Source of the DNA: Balanoglossus misakiensis
Taxonomy: Eukaryota > Animalia > Hemichordata
NCBI GenBank assembly: GCA_040954595.2
Contig: CM082595.2
Coordinates: forward strand, 4,862,137-4,926,136
Length of the DNA stretch: 64,000 nt
Reading direction: 5' to 3'
The notes beneath the pieces are model-generated. The model made no database searches and was not told the DNA's origin. It saw only the letters and a list, made by a program, of their open reading frames with translations. Shown one piece after another: positions 1 to 15,000 of the stretch (position 1 is its first letter; each line of letters opens with the position of its first letter). The translations under genes were made by a program, and so were the position numbers.

Positions 1-3000
1 CTGCAGTAGAAAACCCTGTAGTGGCTGGGACAGTAGTCGTCGCACCTACAGTTGTGTCTTGGGTTGATGGGGCATCAGTGGTTTCAGCGACTGTTGTTGT
101 GGCTGCAGTAGAAAACCCTGTAGTGGCTGGGACAGTAGTCGTCGCACCTACAGTTGTGTCTTGGGTTGATGGGGCATCAGTGGTTTCAGCGACTGTTGTT
201 GTGGCTGCAGTAGAAAACCCTGTAGTGGCTGGGACAGTAGTCGTTGCACCTACAGTTGTGTCTTGGGTTGATGGAGCATCAGTGGTTTCAGCGACTGTTG
301 TTGTGGCTGTAGTAGAAAACCCTGTAGTGGCTGGGACAGTAGTCGTTTCACCTACAGTTGTGTCTTGGGTTGATGGAGCATCAGTGGTTTCAGCGACTGT
401 CGTTGTGGCTGCAGTAGAAAACCCTGTAGTGGCTGGGACAGTAGTCGTCGCACCTACAGTTGTTTCTTGGGTTGATGGAACATCAGTGGTTTCAGCGACT
501 GTCGTTGTGGCTCCAGTAGAAAACCCTGTAGTGGCTGGGACAGTAGTCGTTGCACCTACAGTTGTGTCTTGGGTTGATGGAGCATCAGTGGTTTCAGCGA
601 CTGTCGTTGTGGCTCCAGTAGAAAACCCTGTAGTGGCTGGGACAGTAGTCGTTGCACCTACAGTTGTGTCTTGGGTTGATGGAGCATCAGTGGTTTCAGC
701 GACTGTTGTTGTGGCTGTAGTAGAAAACCCTGTAGTGGCTGGGACAGTAGTCGTTGCACCTACAGTTGTTTCTTGAGTTGATGGAACATCAGTGGTTTCA
801 GCGACTGTCGTTGTGGCTCCAGTAGAAAACCCTGTAGTGGCTGGGACAGTAGTCGTTGCACCTACAGTTGTGTCTTGGGTTGATGGGGCATCAGTGGTTT
901 CAGCGACTGTTGTTGCGGCTGCAGTAGAAAACCCTGTAGTGGCTGGGACAGTAGTCGTCGCACCTACAGTTGTGTCTTGGGTTGATGGGGCATCAGTGGT
1001 TTCAGCGACTGTTGTTGCGGCTGCAGTAGAAAACCCTGTAGTGGCTGGGACAGTAGTCGTCGCACCTACAGTTGTGTCTTGGGTTGATGGGGCATCAGTG
1101 GTTTCAGCGACTGTTGTTGTGGCTGCAGTAGAAAACCCTGTAGTGGCTGGGACAGTAGTCGTTTCACCTACAGTTGTGTCTTGGGTTGATGGAGCATCAG
1201 TGGTTTCAGCGACTGTCGTTGTGGCTCCAGTAGAAAACCCTGTAGTGGCTGGGACAGTAGTCGTCGCACCTACAGTTGTGTCTTGGGTTGATGGGGCATC
1301 AGTGGTTTCAGCGACTGTTGTTGCGGCTGCAGTAGAAAACCCTGTAGTGGCTGGGACAGTAGTCGTCGCACCTACAGTTGTGTCTTGGGTTGATGGAGCA
1401 TCTGTGGTTTCAGCGACTGTCGTTGTGGCTCCAGTAGAAAACCCTGTAGTGGCTGGGACAGTAGTCGTTGCACCTACAGTTGTGTCTTGGGTTGATGGAG
1501 CATCTGTGGTTTCAGCGACTGTCGTTGTGGCTCCAGTAGAAAACCCTGTAGTGGCTGGGACAGTAGTCGTTTCACCTACAGTTGTGTCTTGGGTTGATGG
1601 AGCATCTGTGGTTTCAGCGACTGTCGTTGTGGCTCCAGTAGAAAACCCTGTAGTGGCTGGGACAGTAGTCGTTGCACCTACAGTTGTGTCTTGGGTTGAT
1701 GGAGCATCAGTGGTCTCAGCGACTGTTGTTGTGGCTCCAGTAGAAAACCCTGTAGTGGCTGGGACAGTAGTCGTTTCACCTACAGTTGTGTCTTGGGTTG
1801 ATGGAGCATCAGTGGTTTCAGCGACTGTCGTTGTGGCTCCAGTAGAAAACCCTGTAGTGGCTGGGACAGTAGTCGTTTCACCTACAGTTGTGTCTTGGGT
1901 TGATGGAGCATCTGTGGTTACAGCGACTGTCGTTGTGGCTCCAGTAGAAAACCCTGTAGTGGCTGGGACAGTAGTCGTGTCACCTACAGTTGTGTCTTGG
2001 GTTGATGGAGCATCAGTGGTTTCAGCGACTGTCGTTGTGGCTCCAGTAGAAAACCCTGTAGTGGCTGGGACAGTAGTCGTTGCACCTACAGTTGTGTCTT
2101 GGGTTGATGGAGCATCAGTGGTTTCAGCGACTGTCGTTGTGGCTCCAGTAGAAAATCCTGTAGTATCTGGGACAGTAGTCGTTGCACCTACAGTTGTGTC
2201 TTGGGTTGATGGAGCATCTGTGGTTTCAGCGACTGTCGTTGTGGCTCCAGTAGAAAACCCTGTAGTGGCTGGGACAGTAGTCGTTGCACCTACAGTTGTG
2301 TCTTGGGTTGATGGAGCATCAGTGGTTTCAGCGACTGTCGTTGTGGCTGCAGAAGAAAACCCTGTAGTGGCTGGGACAGTAGTCGTTGCACCTACAGTTG
2401 TGTCTTGGGTTGATGGAGCATCTGTGGTTTCAGCGACTGTCGTTGTGGCTCCAGTAGAAAACCCTGTAGTGGCTGGGACAGTAGTCGTTGCACCTACAGT
2501 TGTGTCTTGGGTTGATGGAGCATCTGTGGTTTCAGCGACTGTCGTTGTGGCTCCAGTAGAAAACCCTGTAGTGGCTGGGACAGTAGTCGTTTCACCTACA
2601 GTTGTGTCTTGGGTTGATGGAGCATCTGTGGTTACAGCGACTGTCGTTGTGGCTCCAGTAGAAAACCCTGTAGTGGCTGGGACAGTAGTCGTTGCACCTA
2701 CAGTTGTGTCTTGGGTTGATGGAGCATCTGTGGTTTCAGCGACTGTCGTTGTGGCTCCAGTAGAAAACCCTGTAGTGGCTGGGACAGTAGTCGTTGCACC
2801 TACAGTTGTGTCTTGGGTTGATGGAGCATCAGTGGTTTCAGCGACTGTTGTTGTGGCTGCAGTAGAAAACCCTGTAGTGGCTGGGACAGTAGTCGTTGCA
2901 CCTACAGTTGTGTCTTGGGTTGATGGAGCATCTGTGGTTTCAGCGACTGTCGTTGTGGCTCCAGTAGAAAACCCTGTAGTGGCTGGGACAGTAGTCGTTG

Positions 3001-6000
3001 CACCTACAGTTGTGTCTTGGGTTGATGGAGCATCTGTGGTTTCAGCGACTGTCGTTGTGGCTCCAGTAGAAAACCCTGTAGTGGCTGGGACAGTAGTCGT
3101 TGCACCTACAGTTGTGTCTTGGGTTGATGGAGCATCTGTGGTTTCAGCGACTGTCGTTGTGGCTCCAGTAGAAAACCCTGTAGTGGCTGGGACAGTAGTC
3201 GTTTCACCTACAGTTGTGTCTTGGGTTGATGGAGCATCTGTGGTTTCAGCGACTGTCGTTGTGGCTCCAGTAGAAAACCCTGTAGTGGCTGGGACAGTAG
3301 TCGTTGCACCTACAGTTGTGTCTTGGGTTGATGGAGCATCAGTGGTCTCAGCGACTGTTGTTGTGGCTCCAGTAGAAAACCCTGTAGTGGCTGGGACAGT
3401 AGTCGTTTCACCTACAGTTGTGTCTTGGGTTGATGGAGCATCTGTGGTTTCAGCGACTGTCGTTGTGGCTCCAGTAGAAAACCCTGTAGTGGCTGGGACA
3501 GTAGTCGTTTCACCTACAGTTGTGTCTTGGGTTGATGGAGCATCTGTGGTTTCAGCGACTTTCGTTGTGGCTCCAGTAGAAAACCCTGTAGTGGCTGGGA
3601 CAGTAGTCGTTTCACCTACAGTTGTGTCTTGGGTTGATGGAGCATCTGTGGTTTCAGCGACTGTCGTTGTGGCTCCAGTAGAAAACCCTGTAGTGGCTGG
3701 GACAGTAGTCGTTTCACCTACAGTTGTGTCTTGGGTTGATGGAGCATCTGTGGTTACAGCGACTGTCGTTGTGGCTCCAGTAGAAAACCCTGTAGTGGCT
3801 GGGACAGTAGTCGTCTCACCTACAGTTGTGTCTTGGGTTGATGGGGCATCAGTGGTTTCAGCGACTGTTGTTGTGGCTGCAGTAGAAAACCCTGTAGTGG
3901 CTGGGACAGTAGTCGTTGCACCTACAGTTGTGTCTTGGGTTGATGGAGCATCTGTGGTTTCAGCGACTGTTGTTGTGGCTGCAGTAGAAAACCCTGTAGT
4001 GGCTGGGACAGTAGTCGTTTCACCTACAGTTGTGTCTTGGGTTGATGGAGCATCAGTGGTTTCAGCGACTGTCGTTGTGGCTCCAGTAGAAAACCCTGTA
4101 GTGGCTGGGACAGTAGTCGTCGCACCTACAGTTGTGTCTTGGGTTGATGGAGCATCAGTGGTTTCAGCGACTGTTGTTGTGGCTCCAGTAGAAAACCCTG
4201 TAGTGGCTGGGACAGTAGTCGTCGCACCTACAGTTGTGTCTTGGGTTGATGGAGCATCAGTGGTTTCAGCGACTGTCGTTGTGGCTCCAGTAGAAAACCC
4301 TGTAGTGGCTGGGACAGTAGTCGTCGCACCTACAGTTGTGTCTTGGGTTGATGGAGCATCAGTGGTTTCAGCGACTGTTGTTGTGGCTGCAGTAGAAAAC
4401 CCTGTAGTGGCTGGGACAGTAGTCGTTGCACCTACAGTTGTGTCTTGGGTTGATGGAGCATCTGTGGTTTCAGCGACTGTCGTTGTGGCTCCAGTAGAAA
4501 ACCCTGTAGTGGCTGGGACAGTAGTCGTCGCACCTACAGTTGTGTCTTGGGTTGATGGAGCATCAGTGGTTTCAGCGACTGTTGTTGTGGCTCCAGTAGA
4601 AAACCCTGTAGTGGCTGGGACAGTAGTCGTCGCACCTACAGTTGTGTCTTGGGTTGATGGAGCATCAGTGGTTTCAGCGACTGTCGTTGTGGCTCCAGTA
4701 GAAAACCCTGTAGTGGCTGGGACAGTAGTCGTCGCACCTACAGTTGTGTCTTGGGTTGATGGAGCATCAGTGGTTTCAGCGACTGTCGTTGTGGCTGCAG
4801 TAGAAAACCCTGTAGTGGCTGGGACAGTAGTCGTTGCACCTACAGTTGTGTCTTGGGTTGATGGAGCATCTGTGGTTTCAGCGACTGTCGTTGTGGCTCC
4901 AGTAGAAAACCCTGTAGTGGCTGGGACAGTAGTCGTTTCACCTACAGTTGTGTCTTGGGTTGATGGAGCATCAGTGGTTTCAGCGACTGTCGTTGTGGCT
5001 CCAGTAGAAAACCCTGTAGTGGCTGGGACAGTAGTCGTTGCACCTACAGTTGTGTCTTGGGTTGATGGAGCATCTGTGGTTTCAGCGACTGTCGTTGTGG
5101 CTCCAGTAGAAAACCCTGTAGTGGCTGGGACAGTAGTCGTTTCACCTACAGTTGTGTCTTGGGTTGATGGAGCATCTGTGGTTACAGCGACTGTCGTTGT
5201 GGCTCCAGTAGAAAACCCTGTAGTGGCTGGGACAGTAGTCGTTTCACCTACAGTTGTGTCTTGGGTTGATGGAGCATCAGTGGTTTCAGCGACTGTCGTT
5301 GTGGCTCCAGTAGAAAACCCTGTAGTGGCTGGGACAGTAGTCGTCGCACCTACAGTTGTGTCTTGGGTTGATGGAGCATCAGTGGTTTCAGCGACTGTCG
5401 TTGTGGCTCCAGTAGAAAACCCTGTAGTGGCTGGGACAGTAGTCGTCGCACCTACAGTTGTGTCTTGGGTTGATGGAGCATCAGTGGTTTCAGCGACTGT
5501 TGTTGTGGCTGCAGTAGAAAACCCTGTAGTGGCTGGGACAGTAGTCGTTGCACCTACAGTTGTGTCTTGGGTTGATGGAGCATCTGTGGTTTCAGCGACT
5601 GTCGTTGTGGCTCCAGTAGAAAACCCTGTAGTGGCTGGGACAGTAGTCGTCGCACCTACAGTTGTGTCTTGGGTTGATGGAGCATCAGTGGTTTCAGCGA
5701 CTGTTGTTGTGGCTCCAGTAGAAAACCCTGTAGTGGCTGGGACAGTAGTCGTCGCACCTACAGTTGTGTCTTGGGTTGATGGAGCATCAGTGGTTTCAGC
5801 GACTGTCGTTGTGGCTCCAGTAGAAAACCCTGTAGTGGCTGGGACAGTAGTCGTCGCACCTACAGTTGTGTCTTGGGTTGATGGAGCATCAGTGGTTTCA
5901 GCGACTGTCGTTGTGGCTGCAGTAGAAAACCCTGTAGTGGCTGGGACAGTAGTCGTTGCACCTACAGTTGTGTCTTGGGTTGATGGAGCATCTGTGGTTT

Positions 6001-9000
6001 CAGCGACTGTCGTTGTGGCTCCAGTAGAAAACCCTGTAGTGGCTGGGACAGTAGTCGTTTCACCTACAGTTGTGTCTTGGGTTGATGGAGCATCAGTGGT
6101 TTCAGCGACTGTCGTTGTGGCTCCAGTAGAAAACCCTGTAGTGGCTGGGACAGTAGTCGTTGCACCTACAGTTGTGTCTTGGGTTGATGGAGCATCTGTG
6201 GTTTCAGCGACTGTCGTTGTGGCTCCAGTAGAAAACCCTGTAGTGGCTGGGACAGTAGTCGTTTCACCTACAGTTGTGTCTTGGGTTGATGGAGCATCTG
6301 TGGTTACAGCGACTGTCGTTGTGGCTCCAGTAGAAAACCCTGTAGTGGCTGGGACAGTAGTCGTTTCACCTACAGTTGTGTCTTGGGTTGATGGAGCATC
6401 AGTGGTTTCAGCGACTGTCGTTGTGGCTCCAGTAGAAAACCCTGTAGTGGCTGGGACAGTAGTCGTTTCACCTACAGTTGTGTCTTGGGTTGATGGAGCA
6501 TCTGTGGTTACAGCGCCTGTCGTTGTGGCTCCAGTAGAAAACCCTGTAGTGGCTGGGACAGTAGTCGTTTCACCTACAGTTGTGTCTTGGGTTGATGGAG
6601 CATCTGTGGTTACAGCGACTGTCGTTGTGGCTCCAGTAGAAAACCCTGTAGTGGCTGGGACAGTAGTCGTTTCACCTACAGTTGTGACTTGGGTTGATGG
6701 AGCATCAGTGGTCTCAGCGACTGTTGTTGTGGCTCCAGTAGAAAACCCTGTAGTGGCTGGGACAGTAGTCGTTTCACCTACAGTTGTGTCTTGGGTTGAT
6801 GGAGCATCTGTGGTTTCAGCGACTGTCGTTGTGGCTCCAGTAGAAAACCCTGTAGTGGCTGGGACAGTAGTCGTTTCACCTACAGTTGTGTCTTGGGTTG
6901 ATGGAGCATCTGTGGTTTCAGCGACTGTCGTTGTGGCTCCAGTAGAAAACCCTGTAGTGGCTGGGACAGTAGTCGTTTCACCTACAGTTGTGTCTTGGGT
7001 TGATGGAGCATCTGTGGTTTCAGCGACTGTCGTTGTGGCTCCAGTAGAAAACCCTGTAGTGGCTGGGACAGTAGTCGTTTCACCTACAGTTGTGACTTGG
7101 GTTGATGGATCATCAGTGGTTTCAGCGACTGTCGTTGTGGCTCCAGTAGAAAACCCTGTAGTGGCTGGGACAGTAGTCGTTTCACCTACAGTTGTGTCTT
7201 GGGTTGATGGAGCATCTGTGGTTTCAGCGACTGTCGTTGTGGCTCCAGTAGAAAACCCTGTAGTGGCTGGGACAGTAGTCGTTTCACCTACAGTTGTGTC
7301 TTGGGTTGATGGAGCATCAGTGGTTTCAGCGACTGTCGTTGTGGCTGCAGAAGAAAACCCTGTAGTGGCTGGGACAGTAGTCGTTTCACCTACAGTTGTG
7401 TCTTGGGTTGATGGAGCATCTGTGGTTACAGCGACTGTCGTTGTGGCTCCAGTAGAAAACCCTGTAGTGGCTGGGACAGTAGTCGTTTCACCTACAGTTG
7501 TGTCTTGGGTTGATGGAGCATCAGTGGTTTCAGCGACTGTCGTTGTGGCTCCAGTAGAAAACCCTGTAGTGGCTGGGACAGTAGTCGTTTCACCTACAGT
7601 TGTGTCTTGGGTTGATGGAGCATCTGTGGTTACAGCGACTGTCGTTGTGGCTCCAGTAGAAAACCCTGTAGTGGCTGGGACAGTAGTCGTTTCACCTACA
7701 GTTGTGTCTTGGGTTGATGGAGCATCTGTGGTTACAGCGACTGTCGTTGTGGCTCCAGTAGAAAACCCTGTAGTGGCTGGGACAGTAGTCGTTTCACCTA
7801 CAGTTGTGTCTTGGGTTGATGGAGCATCTGTGGTTACAGCGACTGTCGTTGTGGCTCCAGTAGAAAACCCTGTAGTGGCTGGGACAGTAGTCGTTTCACC
7901 TACAGTTGTGTCTTGGGTTGATGGAGCATCAGTGGTTTCAGCGACTGTCGTTGTGGCTGCAGAAGAAAACCCTGTAGTGGCTGGGACAGTAGTCGTTTCA
8001 CCTACAGTTGTGTCTTGGGTTGATGGAGCATCTGTGGTTACAGCGACTGTCGTTGTGGCTCCAGTAGAAAACCCTGTAGTGGCTGGGACAGTAGTCGTTT
8101 CACCTTCAGTTGTGTCTTGGGTTGATGGCGCATCAGTGGTTTCAGCGACTGTCGTTGTGGCTGCAGTAGAAAACCCTGTAGTGGCTGGGACAGTAGTCGT
8201 TGCACCTACAGTTGTGTCTTGGGTTGATGGAGCATCAGTGGTTTCAGCGACTGTTGTTGTGGCTGCTGTAGAAAACCCTGTAGTGGCTGGGACAGTAGTC
8301 GTTTCACCTACAGTTGTGTCTTGGGTTGATGGCGCATCAGTGGTTTCAGCGACTGTCGTTGTGGCTGCAGTAGAAAACCCTGTAGTGGCTGGGACAGTAG
8401 TCGTTGCACCTACAGTTGTGTCTTGGGTTGATGGCGCATCAGTGGTTTCAGCGACTGTCGTTGTGGCTGCAGTAGAAAACCCTGTAGTGGCTGGGACAGT
8501 AGTCGTTGCACCTACAGTTGTGTCTTGGGTTGATGGCGCATCAGTGGTTTCAGCGACTGTCGTTGTGGCTGCAGTAGAAAACCCTGTAGTGGCTGGGACA
8601 GTAGTCGTTGCACCTACAGTTGTGTCTTGGGTTGATGGGGCATCAGTGGTTTCAGCGACTGTTGTTGTGGCTGCAGTAGAAAACCCTGTAGTGGCTGGGA
8701 CAGTAGTCGTCGCACCTACAGTTGTGTCTTGGGTTGATGGGGCATCAGTGGTTTCAGCGACTGTTGTTGCGGCTGCAGTAGAAAACCCTGTAGTGGCTGG
8801 GACAGTAGTCGTCGCACCTACAGTTGTGTCTTGGGTTGATGGGGCATCAGTGGTTTCAGCGACTGTTGTTGTGGCTGCAGTAGAAAACCCTGTAGTGGCT
8901 GGGACAGTAGTCGTCACACCTACAGTTGTGTCTTGGGTTGATGGGGCATCAGTGGTTTCAGCGACTGTCGTTGTGGCTGCAGTAGAAAACCCTGTAGTGG

Positions 9001-12000
9001 CTGGGACAGTAGTCGTTGCACCTACACTTATGTCTCGGGTTGATGGAGCATCAGTGGTTTCAGCGACTGTCGTTGTGGCTGCAGTAGAAAACCCTGTAGT
9101 GGCTGGGACAGTAGTCGTTGCACCTACAGTTGTGTCTTGGGTTGATGGAGCATCAGTGGTTTCAGCGACTGTTGTTGTGGCTGCAGTAGAAAACCCTGTA
9201 GTGGCTGGGACAGTAGTCGTTGCACCTACAGTTGTTTCTTGGGTTGATGGAACATCAGTGGTTTCAGCGACTGTTGTTGTGGCTCCAGTAGAAAACCCTG
9301 TAGTGGCTGGGACAGTAGTCGTTGCACCTACAGTTGTGTCTTGGGTTGATGGAGCATCAGTGGTTTCAGCGACTGTTGTTGTGGCTGCAGTAGAAAACCC
9401 TGTAGTGGCTGGGACAGTAGTCGTTGCACCTACAGTTGTTTCTTGGGTTGATGGAACATCAGTGGTTTCAGCGACTGTTGTTGTGGCTCCAGTAGAAAAC
9501 CCTGTAGTGGCTGGGACAGTAGTCGTTTCACCTACAGTTGTGTCTTGGGTTGATGGAGCATCAGTGGTTTCAGCGACTGTCGTTGTGGCTGCAGTAGAAA
9601 ACCCTGTAGTGGCTGGGACAGTAGTCGTTGCACCTACAGTTGTGTCTTGGGTTGATGGAGCATCAGTGGTTTCAGCGACTGTTGTTGTGGCTGCAGTAGA
9701 AAACCCTGTAGTGGCTGGGACAGTAGTCGTTGCACCTACAGTTGTTTCTTGGGTTGATGGAACATCAGTGGTTTCAGCGACTGTTGTTGTGGCTCCAGTA
9801 GAAAACCCTGTAGTGGCTGGGACAGTAGTCGTTGCACCTACAGTTGTGTCTTGGGTTGATGGCGCATCAGTGGTTTCAGCGACTGTCGTTGTGGCTGCAG
9901 TAGAAAACCCTGTAGTGGCTGGGACAGTAGTCGTTGCACCTACAGTTGTGTCTTGGGTTGATGGAGCATCAGTGGTTTCAGCGACTGTTGTTGTGGCTGC
10001 AGTAGAAAACCCTGTAGTGGCTGGGACAGTAGTCGTTGCACCTACAGTTGTGTCTTGGGTTGATGGAGCATCAGTGGTTTCAGCGACTTTTGTTGTGGCT
10101 GCAGTGGAAAACCCTGTAGTGGCTGGGACAGTAGTCGTTGCACCTACAGTTGTGTCGTGGGTTGATGGAGCATCAGTGGTTTCAGCGACTGTTGTTGTGG
10201 CTGCTGTAGAAAACCCTGTAGTGGCTGGGACAGTAGTCGTCGCACCTACAGTTGTGTCTTGGGTTGATGGAGCATCAGTGGTTTCAGCGACTGTTGTTGT
10301 GGCTGCAGTAGAAAACCCTGTAGTGGCTGGGACAGTAGTCGTCGCACCTACAGTTGTTTCTTGGGTTGATGGAACATCAGTGGTTTCAGCGACTGTCGTT
10401 GTGGCTGCAGTAGAAAACCCTGTAGTGGCTGGGACAGTAGTCGTCGCACCTACAGTTGTGTCTTGGGTTGATGGGGCATCAGTGGTTTCAGCGACTGTCG
10501 TTGTGGCTGCAGTAGAAAACCCTGTAGTGGCTGGGACAGTAGTCGTCGCACCTACAGTTGTGTCTTGGGTTGATGGGGCATCAGTGGTTTCAGCGACTGT
10601 TGTTGTGGCTGCAGTAGAAAACCCTGTAGTGGCTGGGACAGTAGTCGTCTCACCTACAGTTGTGTCTTGGGTTGATGGGGCATCAGTGGTTTCAGCGACT
10701 GTTGTTGTGGCTGCAGTAGAAAACCCTGTAGTGGCTGGGACAGTAGTCGTCGCACCTACAGTTGTGTCTTGGGTTGATGGGGCATCAGTGGTTTCAGCGA
10801 CTGTTGTTGTGGCTGCAGTAGAAAACCCTGTAGTGGCTGGGACAGTAGTCGTCGCACCTACAGTTGTGTCTTGGGTTGATGGGGCATCAGTGGTTTCAGC
10901 GACTGTTGTTGTGGCTGCAGTAGAAAACCCTGTAGTGGCTGGGACAGTAGTCGTCGCACCTACAGTTGTGTCTTGGGTTGATGGAACATCAGTGGTTTCA
11001 GCGACTGTCGTTGTGGCTGCAGTAGAAAACCCTGTAGTGGCTGGGACAGTAGTCGTCGCACCTACAGTTGTGTCTTGGGTTGATGGGGCATCAGTGGTTT
11101 CAGCGACTGTTGTTGTGGCTGCAGTAGAAAACCCTGTAGTGGCTGGGACAGTAGTCGTCGCACCTACAGTTGTGTCTTGGGTTGATGGGGCATCAGTGGT
11201 TTCAGCGACTGTTGTTGTGGCTGCAGTAGAAAACCCTGTAGTGGCTGGGACAGTAGTCGTCTCACCTACAGTTGTGTCTTGGGTTGATGGGGCATCAGTG
11301 GTTTCAGCGACTGTTGTTGTGGCTGCAGTAGAAAACCCTGTAGTGGCTGGGACAGTAGTCGTCGCACCTACAGTTGTGTCTTGGGTTGATGGAGCATCAG
11401 TGGTTTCAGCTTCTGTTGTTGTGGCTGCAGTAGAAAACCCTGTAGTGGCTGGGACAGTAGTCGTCGCACCTACAGTTGTGTCTTGGGTTGATGGGGCATC
11501 AGTGGTTTCAGCGACTGTTGTTGTGGCTGCAGTAGAAAACCCTGTAGTGGCTGGGACAGTAGTCGTCGCACCTACAGTTGTGTCTTGGGTTGATGGAGCA
11601 TCAGTGGTTTCAGCGACTGTTGTTGTGGCTGCAGTAGAAAACCCTGTAGTGGCTGGGACAGTAGTCGTCGCACCTACAGTTGTTTCTTGGGTTGATGGAA
11701 CATCAGTGGTTTCAGCGACTGTCGTTGTGGCTGCAGTAGAAAACCCTGTAGTGGCTGGGACAGTAGTCGTCGCACCTACAGTTGTGTCTTGGGTTGATGG
11801 AGCATCAGTGGTTTCAGCGACTGTCGTTGTGGCTGCAGTAGAAAACCCTGTAGTGGCTGGGACAGTAGTCGTTGCACCTACAGTTGTGTCTCGGGTTGAT
11901 GGAGCATCAGTGGTTTCAGCGACTGTCGTTGTGGCTGCAGTAGAAAACCCTGTAGTGGCTGGGACAGTAGTCGTTGCACCTACAGTTGTGTCTCGGGTTG

Positions 12001-15000
12001 ATGGAGCATCAGTGGTTTCAGCGACTGTCGTTGTGGCTGCAGTAGAAAACCCTGTAGTGGCTGGGACAGTAGTCGTTGCACCTACAGTTGTGTCTCGGGT
12101 TGATGGAGCATCAGTGGTTTCAGCGACTGTCGTTGTGGCTGCAGTAGAAAACCCTGTAGTGGCTGGGACAGTAGTCGTTGCACCTACAGTTGTGTCTCGG
12201 GTTGATGGAGCATCAGTGGTTTCAGCGACTGTTGTTGTGGCTGCAGTAGAAAACCCTGTAGTGGCTGGGACAGTAGTCGTTGCACCTACAGTTGTGTCTT
12301 GGGTTGATGGAGCATCAGTGGTTTCAGCGACTGTTGTTGTGGCTGCAGTAGAAAACCCTGTAGTGGCTGGGACAGTAGTCGTTGCACCTACAGTTGTGTC
12401 TTGGGTTGATGGAGCATCAGTGGTTTCAGCGACTGTTGTTGTGGCTGCTGTAGAAAACCCTGTAGTGGCTGGGACAGTAGTCGTTGCACCTACAGTTGTG
12501 TCTTGGGTTGATGGAGCATCAGTGGTTTCAGCGACTGTTGTTGTGGCTGCTGTAGAAAACCCTGTAGTGGCCGGGACAGTAGTCGTTGCACCTACAGTTG
12601 TGTCTTGGGTTGATGGAGCATCAGTGGTTTCAGCGACTGTTGTTATGGCTGCAGTAGAAAACCCTGTAGTGGCCGGGACAGTAGTCGTTGCACCTACAGT
12701 TGTGTCTTGGGTTGATGGAGCATCAGTGGTTTCAGCGACTGTTGTTGTGGCTGCAGTAGAAAACCCTGTAGTGGCTGGGACAGTAGTCGTTGCACCTACA
12801 GTTGTGTCTTGGGTTGATGGAGCATCAGTGGTTTCAGCGACTGTTGTTGTGGCTGCAGTAGAAAACCCTGTAGTGGCTGGGGCAGTAGTCGTTGCACCTA
12901 CAGTTGTGTCTTGGGTTGATGGAGCATCAGTGGTTTCAGCGACTGTTGTTGTGGCTGCAGTAGAAAACCCTGTAGTGGCTGGGGCAGTAGTCGTTGCACC
13001 TACAGTTGTGTCTTGGGTTGATGGAGCATCAGTGGTTTCAGCGACTGTCGTTGTGGCTGCAGTAGAAAACCCTGTAGTGGCTGGGACAGTAGTCGTTGCA
13101 CCTACAGTTGTGTCTCGGGTTGATGGAGCATCAGTGGTTTCAGCGACTGTCGTTGTGGCTGCAGTAGAAAACCCTGTAGTGGCTGGGACAGTAGTCGTTG
13201 CACCTACAGTTGTGTCTCGGGTTGATGGAGCATCAGTGGTTTCAGCGACTGTTGTTGTGGCTGCTGTAGAAAACCCTGTAGTGGCTGGGACAGTAGTCGT
13301 TGCACCTACAGTTGTGTCTTGGGTTGATGGAGCATCAGTGGTTTCAGCGACTGTTGTTGTGGCTGCTGTAGAAAACCCTGTAGTGGCTGGGACAGTAGTC
13401 GTTGCACCTACAGTTGTGTCTTGGGTTGATGGAGCATCAGTGGTTTCAGCGACTGTTGTTGTGGCTGCAGTAGAAAACCCTGTAGTGGCTGGGACAGTAG
13501 TCGTTGCACCTACAGTTGTGTCTTGGGTTGATGGAGCATCAGTGGTTTCAGCGACTGTTGTTGTGGCTGCAGTAGAAAACCCTGTAGTGGCTGGGACAGT
13601 AGTCGTTGCACCTACAGTTGTGTCTTGGGTTGATGGAGCATCAGTGGTTTCAGCGACTGTTGTTGTGGCTGCAGTAGAAAACCCTGTAGTGGCTGGGACA
13701 GTAGTCGTTGCACCTACAGTTGTGTCTTGGGTTGATGGAGCATCAGTGGTTTCAGCGACTGTTGTTGTGGCTGCAGTAGAAAACCCTGTAGTGGCTGGGA
13801 CAGTAGTCGTTGCACCTACAGTTGTGTCTTGGGTTGATGGAGCATCAGTGGTTTCAGCGACTGTTGTTGTGGCTGCAGTAGAAAACCCTGTAGTGGCTGG
13901 GACAGTAGTCGTTGCACCTACAGTTGTGTCTTGGGTTGATGGAGCATCAGTGGTTTCAGCGACTGTTGTTGTGGCTGCAGTAGAAAACCCTGTAGTGGCT
14001 GGGACAGTAGTCGTTGCACCTACAGTTGTGTCTTGGGTTGATGGAGCATCAGTGGTTTCAGCGACTGTTGTTGTGGCTGCAGTAGAAAACCCTGTAGTGG
14101 CTGGGACAGTAGTCGTTGCACCTACAGTTGTGTCTTGGGTTGATGGAGCATCAGTGGTTTCAGCGACTGTTGTTGTGGCTGCAGTAGAAAACCCTGTAGT
14201 GGCTGGGACAGTAGTCGTTGCACCTACAGTTGTGTCTTGGGTTGATGGAGCATCAGTGGTTTCAGCGACTGTTGTTGTGGCTGCAGTAGAAAACCCTGTA
14301 GTGGCTGGGACAGTAGTCGTTGCACCTACAGTTGTGTCTTGGGTTGATGGAGCATCAGTGGTTTCAGCGACTGTTGTTGTGGCTGCAGTAGAAAACCCTG
14401 TAGTGGCTGGGACAGTAGTCGTTGCACCTACAGTTGTGTCTTGGGTTGATGGAGCATCAGTGGTTTCAGCGACTGTTGTTGTGGCTGCAGTAGAAAACCC
14501 TGTAGTGGCTGGGACAGTAGTCGTTGCACCTACAGTTGTGTCTTGGGTTGATGGAGCATCAGTGGTTTCAGCGACTGTCGTTGTGGCTGCAGTAGAAAAC
14601 CCTGTAGTGGCCGGGACAGTAGTCGTTGCACCTACAGTTGTGTCTTGGGTTGATGGAGCATCAGTGGTTTCAGCGACTGTCGTTGTGGCTGCAGTAGAAA
14701 ACCCTGTAGTGGCTGGGACAGTAGTCGTTGCACCTACAGTTGTGTCTTGGGTTGATGGAGCATCAGTGGTTTCAGCGACTGTCGTTGTGGCTGCAGTAGA
14801 AAACCCTGTAGTGGCTGGGACAGTAGTCGTTGCACCTACAGTTGTGTCTTGGGTTGATGGAGCATCAGTGGTTTCAGCGACTGTCGTTGTGGCTGCTGTA
14901 GAAAACCCTGTAGTGGCTGGGACAGTAGTCGTTGCACCTACAGTTGTGTCTTGGGTTGATGGAGCATCAGTGGTTTCAGCGACTGTTGTTGTGGCTGCAG

